Source of the DNA: Podarcis cretensis
Lineage: Eukaryota
Length of the DNA stretch: 64,000 bases
NCBI GenBank assembly: GCA_951804945.1
Contig: OX638158.1
Coordinates: 31,930,001-31,994,000 of the forward strand
Direction: 5' to 3'
Part shown: positions 63,340 to 64,000 of the stretch, one piece after another
Position numbering within the stretch: position 1 is the stretch's first letter
Layout of the letters: every line of letters starts with the position of its first letter
The notes under the pieces: model-generated
What the model was told of the DNA's origin: nothing
Database searches by the model: none
What the model saw: only the letters and a program-made list of their open reading frames with translations
Program-made: the position numbers and the translations under genes

Positions 63340-64000
63340 GCTCTGTAGTCGAAGGTGGCCGCTGGCTTGCTTGTAGTCCTTAGGGGCATTTTCCAAATAT
63401 TACTTGGCAAGCCCCATTGAATCCCCTGGATAGACTGAGGAGGAGTTGCTGTGATCAGCCCCGCATTCAAAGGGCTGTGGGAGGCAATATAGAGGGAGCC
63501 CTGGGCCCTGCTCGCTCGCTCGCTCGCTCGCTACGTGCCAGAACGCGAGCGGTCGGGAATGCAAAATGCAGGCGGCGCTTCGCTTTTCAGGCACCCTCCT
63601 TGTAACGCAGGGCGAGCCCGACTGCAGCCTGGCCTTTACTAAGGATTGCTTGGCGGGCAGCTGCTGGCACAGGAGAGCGGGTAGCGTCGAGCCAAATAAT
63701 GTTAGCGGTTTGGGGGGCTTCCCTCAGGGACGGCTGCTGCCTGCAGGGCCGACGGACAATGGCCTGGGAGGCGGTGCCTTTTTCCCTGCGAGGAACGGAC
63801 TGGGCACATGGTCTGCATTCTCTGCAAAGTAAACACCCCACTGAGAACATGAGGAGAGGCGTTCTAAGAGTGTGCTTTTGGTTTTTCTCCCCAACGGGTC
63901 TACAGCCTGAGTTAAACTTGGTTGCACCCCTTTAGAACTACAACTCCCAGAATCCTGCGCGCTGTGGAGCGAAGGCTGTTTACACGCCGCACGCCTCCCC
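63340..64000. promoter_or_regulatory. CpG island, likely promoter of the next gene (L3MBTL2 by human synteny; inference only)
   Basis: Abrupt GC and CpG rise; ACTACAACTCCCAGAATCC ZNF143/THAP11-type motif at 63937-63955. Confidence 0.65.

Overview
Eukaryotic genomic DNA from a squamate reptile, probably a lacertid lizard (inferred from BovB, Squam3-like SINE, CR1/L2 and MITE content). The window holds most of EP300 (p300 acetyltransferase) on the + strand. It starts inside intron 2 and contains coding exons 3-31 (10202..54553; 29 GT-AG exons with consistent phases, 6633 nt, 2210 aa plus stop) and the 3' UTR to about 55680. About 7.6 kb of intergenic DNA follows, then a CpG island with a ZNF143/THAP11-type motif at the right edge, probably the next gene's promoter. 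Introns carry many DNA-transposon MITEs, LINE/SINE fragments and a solo LTR. The strongest unexplained signal is in intron 19: a 347-nt AG-free zone with a distal branch-point candidate, ending in two acceptors 30 nt apart that would toggle a 10-aa insert in the RING domain that regulates HAT activity. An antisense solo LTR with a 209-codon ORF sits just downstream. Other highlights are an inverted MITE pair in intron 25, MITE-borne hairpins and TF motifs, and a miR-132/212 site between two poly(A) signals. Exon numbering, human comparisons and repeat-family names come from recalled knowledge, not database searches.
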